64,000 nucleotides of DNA from assembly GCA_029558955.1 (NCBI GenBank), contig JAKQCW010000021.1, forward strand, positions 895 through 64,894, read 5' to 3'. The DNA comes from Chloroflexota bacterium. Lineage in GTDB: Bacteria > Chloroflexota > Anaerolineae > JAAEKA01. The notes under the pieces were generated by a model. The model was not told where the DNA came from and did not search any database. It saw nothing but the letters and a program-made list of their open reading frames with translations. The position numbers were made by a program, and so were the translations under genes. Below are positions 59,548-64,000 of the stretch, one piece after another; the stretch's first letter is position 1, and the number at the start of each line of letters is the position of its first letter.

Positions 59548-61203
59548 GTGACCTGCCCTATGCCACCTGCACCCCCCGACCCCATCCGCCTGGAAGTTTT
59601 CAAGCATCTTTTCGCCTCCGTGGCTGAGGAGATGGGCGTGGTGCTGCGGCGCACCAGCTATTCGCCCAACATCAAGGAGCGGCGCGATTTCTCCTGCGCG
59701 CTGTTCGACGCGGCCGGTCAGATGATCGCCCAGGCCGCGCACATTCCCGTTCACCTGGGCGCGATGCCGCTCTCGGTGCAGGCCGCCATCGACGCCCTGA
59801 CGCTGGGGCCGGGGGACGTGGCCATCCTCAACGATCCCTACCGCGGCGGCACCCACCTGCCCGATATCACCCTGGTGACGCCGATTTTCGTGGACGCGCA
59901 GCCTTCTGGGGTTGCGCAAAATACCGACGGGGCTGGCGAGCGGCCCTTCGCCTTCGCCGCCTGCCGCGCCCATCACGCCGATGTGGGGGGCATGTCGCCC
60001 GGCTCCATGCCCATCGCGCGCGAGCTGATCCAGGAGGGGGTGATCATCCCGCCCCTCAAGCTGGTGGAGGCCGGGCAGATCAACCAGGGGCTGCTGGAGC
60101 TGTTGCTGGCCAACGTGCGCACGCCGGAGGAGCGGCGGGGCGACCTGCACGCACAACTGGCGGCCAACGCCAAGGGCGCCCAGCGGCTGGGGGAGCTGGC
60201 GGCCCGCTACGGCCTGGCCGAGGTGCAGGGGGCCATGCAGGGGCTGGTGGACTACGCCGAGCGCATGACCCGCCGCCTGCTGGCCGGCCTGCCCGATGGC
60301 GTCTACCGCTTTGCCGACCGGCTGGATGACGACGGCGTGGACCCGCAGCCGGCGGAGATCGTCGTGACCATCGCCATCCAGGGCGAGGAGGCCACGGTGG
60401 ACTTCACTGGCACAGCGCCGCAGCGCCGCGGCAGCGTCAACGCGGTCTATGCCATCACCCTGTCGGCCACGCTCTACGTTTTTCGTTGCCTGCTGGGGGA
60501 GGACGCGCCCACCAACAGCGGCTGTCTGCGCCCCCTGCGCGTCATCGCCCCGGTCGGGACGGTGGTCAACGCGCGGCCGCCCGCGCCCGTGGCCGGCGGC
60601 AACGTGGAGACCTCGCAGCGCATCACCGATGTGCTGCTGGGCGCGTTGGCCCAGGCCGCTCCCGACCGCGTGCCGGCCGCCAGCCAGGGCACCATGAACA
60701 ACCTGACCATTGGAACCTCCCGCGCCGAGCCGGGGGCCGGCGACTGGGATCTGGCCGCGGGCCGGCCCTTCGCCTACTACGAGACCATCGCCGGCGGCAT
60801 GGGCGGCCGGCCGGGCAAAGCTGGCGCCGACGCCATCCACACCCACATGACCAACACCCTCAATACCCCGGTGGAGGCGCTGGAATACGCCTATCCGTTG
60901 CGGGTGCAGCGCTATGAGATCCGCCGCGGCTCCGGCGGCGCGGGCCGTTGGCGGGGCGGCGACGGCGTGCGCCGCGACATCGAGCTGCTGGCCGACGCCC
61001 AGGTGACGCTGCTGACCGAGCGGCGCATTTTTGCCCCCTATGGCCTGGCCGGCGGCGCGCCGGGCCAGCCCGGCCGCAACCTGTTGCTGCGCGGCGGCCA
61101 GGAGATGGAATTGCCCGGCAAGACGACGCTGCAAGCAGAGGCGGGGGATGTCATCAGCGTGCAGACGCCCGGCGGGGGCGGCTGGGGCGCGCCCGTGGAT
61201 TGA
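59548..61203 (+). CDS. Hydantoinase B / 5-oxoprolinase subunit (HyuB family)
   Basis: RTSYSPNIKERRDFSCALFDAAGQMIAQAAHIPVHLGAM, DPYRGGTHLPDIT. Confidence 0.9.
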   Translation: MTCPMPPAPPDPIRLEVFKHLFASVAEEMGVVLRRTSYSPNIKERRDFSCALFDAAGQMIAQAAHIPVHLGAMPLSVQAAIDALTLGPGDVAILNDPYRGGTHLPDITLVTPIFVDAQPSGVAQNTDGAGERPFAFAACRAHHADVGGMSPGSMPIARELIQEGVIIPPLKLVEAGQINQGLLELLLANVRTPEERRGDLHAQLAANAKGAQRLGELAARYGLAEVQGAMQGLVDYAERMTRRLLAGLPDGVYRFADRLDDDGVDPQPAEIVVTIAIQGEEATVDFTGTAPQRRGSVNAVYAITLSATLYVFRCLLGEDAPTNSGCLRPLRVIAPVGTVVNARPPAPVAGGNVETSQRITDVLLGALAQAAPDRVPAASQGTMNNLTIGTSRAEPGAGDWDLAAGRPFAYYETIAGGMGGRPGKAGADAIHTHMTNTLNTPVEALEYAYPLRVQRYEIRRGSGGAGRWRGGDGVRRDIELLADAQVTLLTERRIFAPYGLAGGAPGQPGRNLLLRGGQEMELPGKTTLQAEAGDVISVQTPGGGGWGAPVD

Positions 61204-61225
61204 GTAGGCCGCCTACTCAATCCAC
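61195..61225 (+). terminator. Perfect palindrome gtggattgagtagg-cc-gcctactcaatccac overlapping the hyuB stop
   Basis: Seen in sequence. A related cctactcaatccacg motif also occurs at about 6030-6050 downstream of dnaK. Confidence 0.5.
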
Positions 61226-61321
61226 GGGTTCGCGCCCGCCGGCTGAGCAGTTACAATTGCACAAAAAAACGCCCCCTGCTGCCAGGGGGCGTTCTTGCTT
61301 TTCAGCGGTTGACCGAACCGG

Positions 61322-63787
<2,466 letters not shown>

Positions 63788-63897
63788 GGTTGGTTCTCGT
63801 AATGCGTGATGCGTGATGCGAAATTCGGAGCAGGACGGCGACGCGCTGTGGGCCCGGCGGGGCGCCCGGTGATCGTTCGGTCGCCTGCCTGTTTGTT

Positions 63898-64000
63898 TAC
63901 CCGGCCAGCAGCAGATCGATCTCTGCCAGGCTGCGGGCCAGCGCCTGCAGGAAGCGGGCGGCCGGCGCGCCGTCGACGACCTGGTGGTTGATGGTCAGCG
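63898..64000 (-). CDS. 2-oxo acid dehydrogenase E2 acyltransferase, C-terminal end (partial; continues past window end)
   Basis: The reverse frame encodes ...[33 protein letters not shown], the conserved E2 catalytic-domain C-terminus (DHRxxDGA). Confidence 0.7.

Overview
High-GC (roughly 65-70% by eye) bacterial chromosomal segment, densely coded on both strands. The taxon cannot be fixed from sequence alone. Housekeeping and metabolic genes make up most of it. They include dnaK, a Lon-like AAA+ protease, two family-1 glycosyltransferases, DUF1015, queF, rpiB, M20 and M19 peptidases, a PIG-L deacetylase, a UDG-superfamily glycosylase, pepA, an MFS transporter, a five-gene Opp/Dpp-type ABC peptide transporter, patB-like C-S lyase, nadD, PduO-type adenosyltransferase, nfo, aspartate ammonia-lyase, two ferredoxins, a Crp/Fnr regulator, hydantoinase A/B and a fused E1 alpha-beta followed by the E2 3' end. 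Several families of short dispersed or tandem repeats are threaded through these genes. They include a 22-bp tandem array, a 20-bp 'ggccggtctccgaccgagcc' element that is also inserted in-frame in a glycosyltransferase gene, inverted heptamer (GCATTAC-type) arrays in gene leaders, and a terminator-like hairpin element. The most unusual part is a ~6.7 kb low-GC island at about 30.2-36.9 kb. It encodes six co-oriented genes: two paralogous beta-rich proteins of an unrecognised family, two mostly helical proteins and a small protein, all with no recognisable domains, and a cytoplasmic MMP-like zymogen. The zymogen has a PRCGFPD cysteine switch and an [12 protein letters not shown] zinc site and is fused to a six-bladed fucolectin/tectonin-like propeller. 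The same ~15-residue motif occurs in the protease's N-terminal extension and in the C-terminus of the neighbouring protein. The island is bracketed by two paralogous HTH-NB-ARC-TPR STAND regulators, a SARP/BTAD regulator, two small secreted cadherin-like paralogs and a HepT/MntA-type TA pair. I regard it as a candidate uncharacterised protease-centred (possibly conflict/cell-death-like) system. All family calls come from reading the translated sequence; no database search was run.
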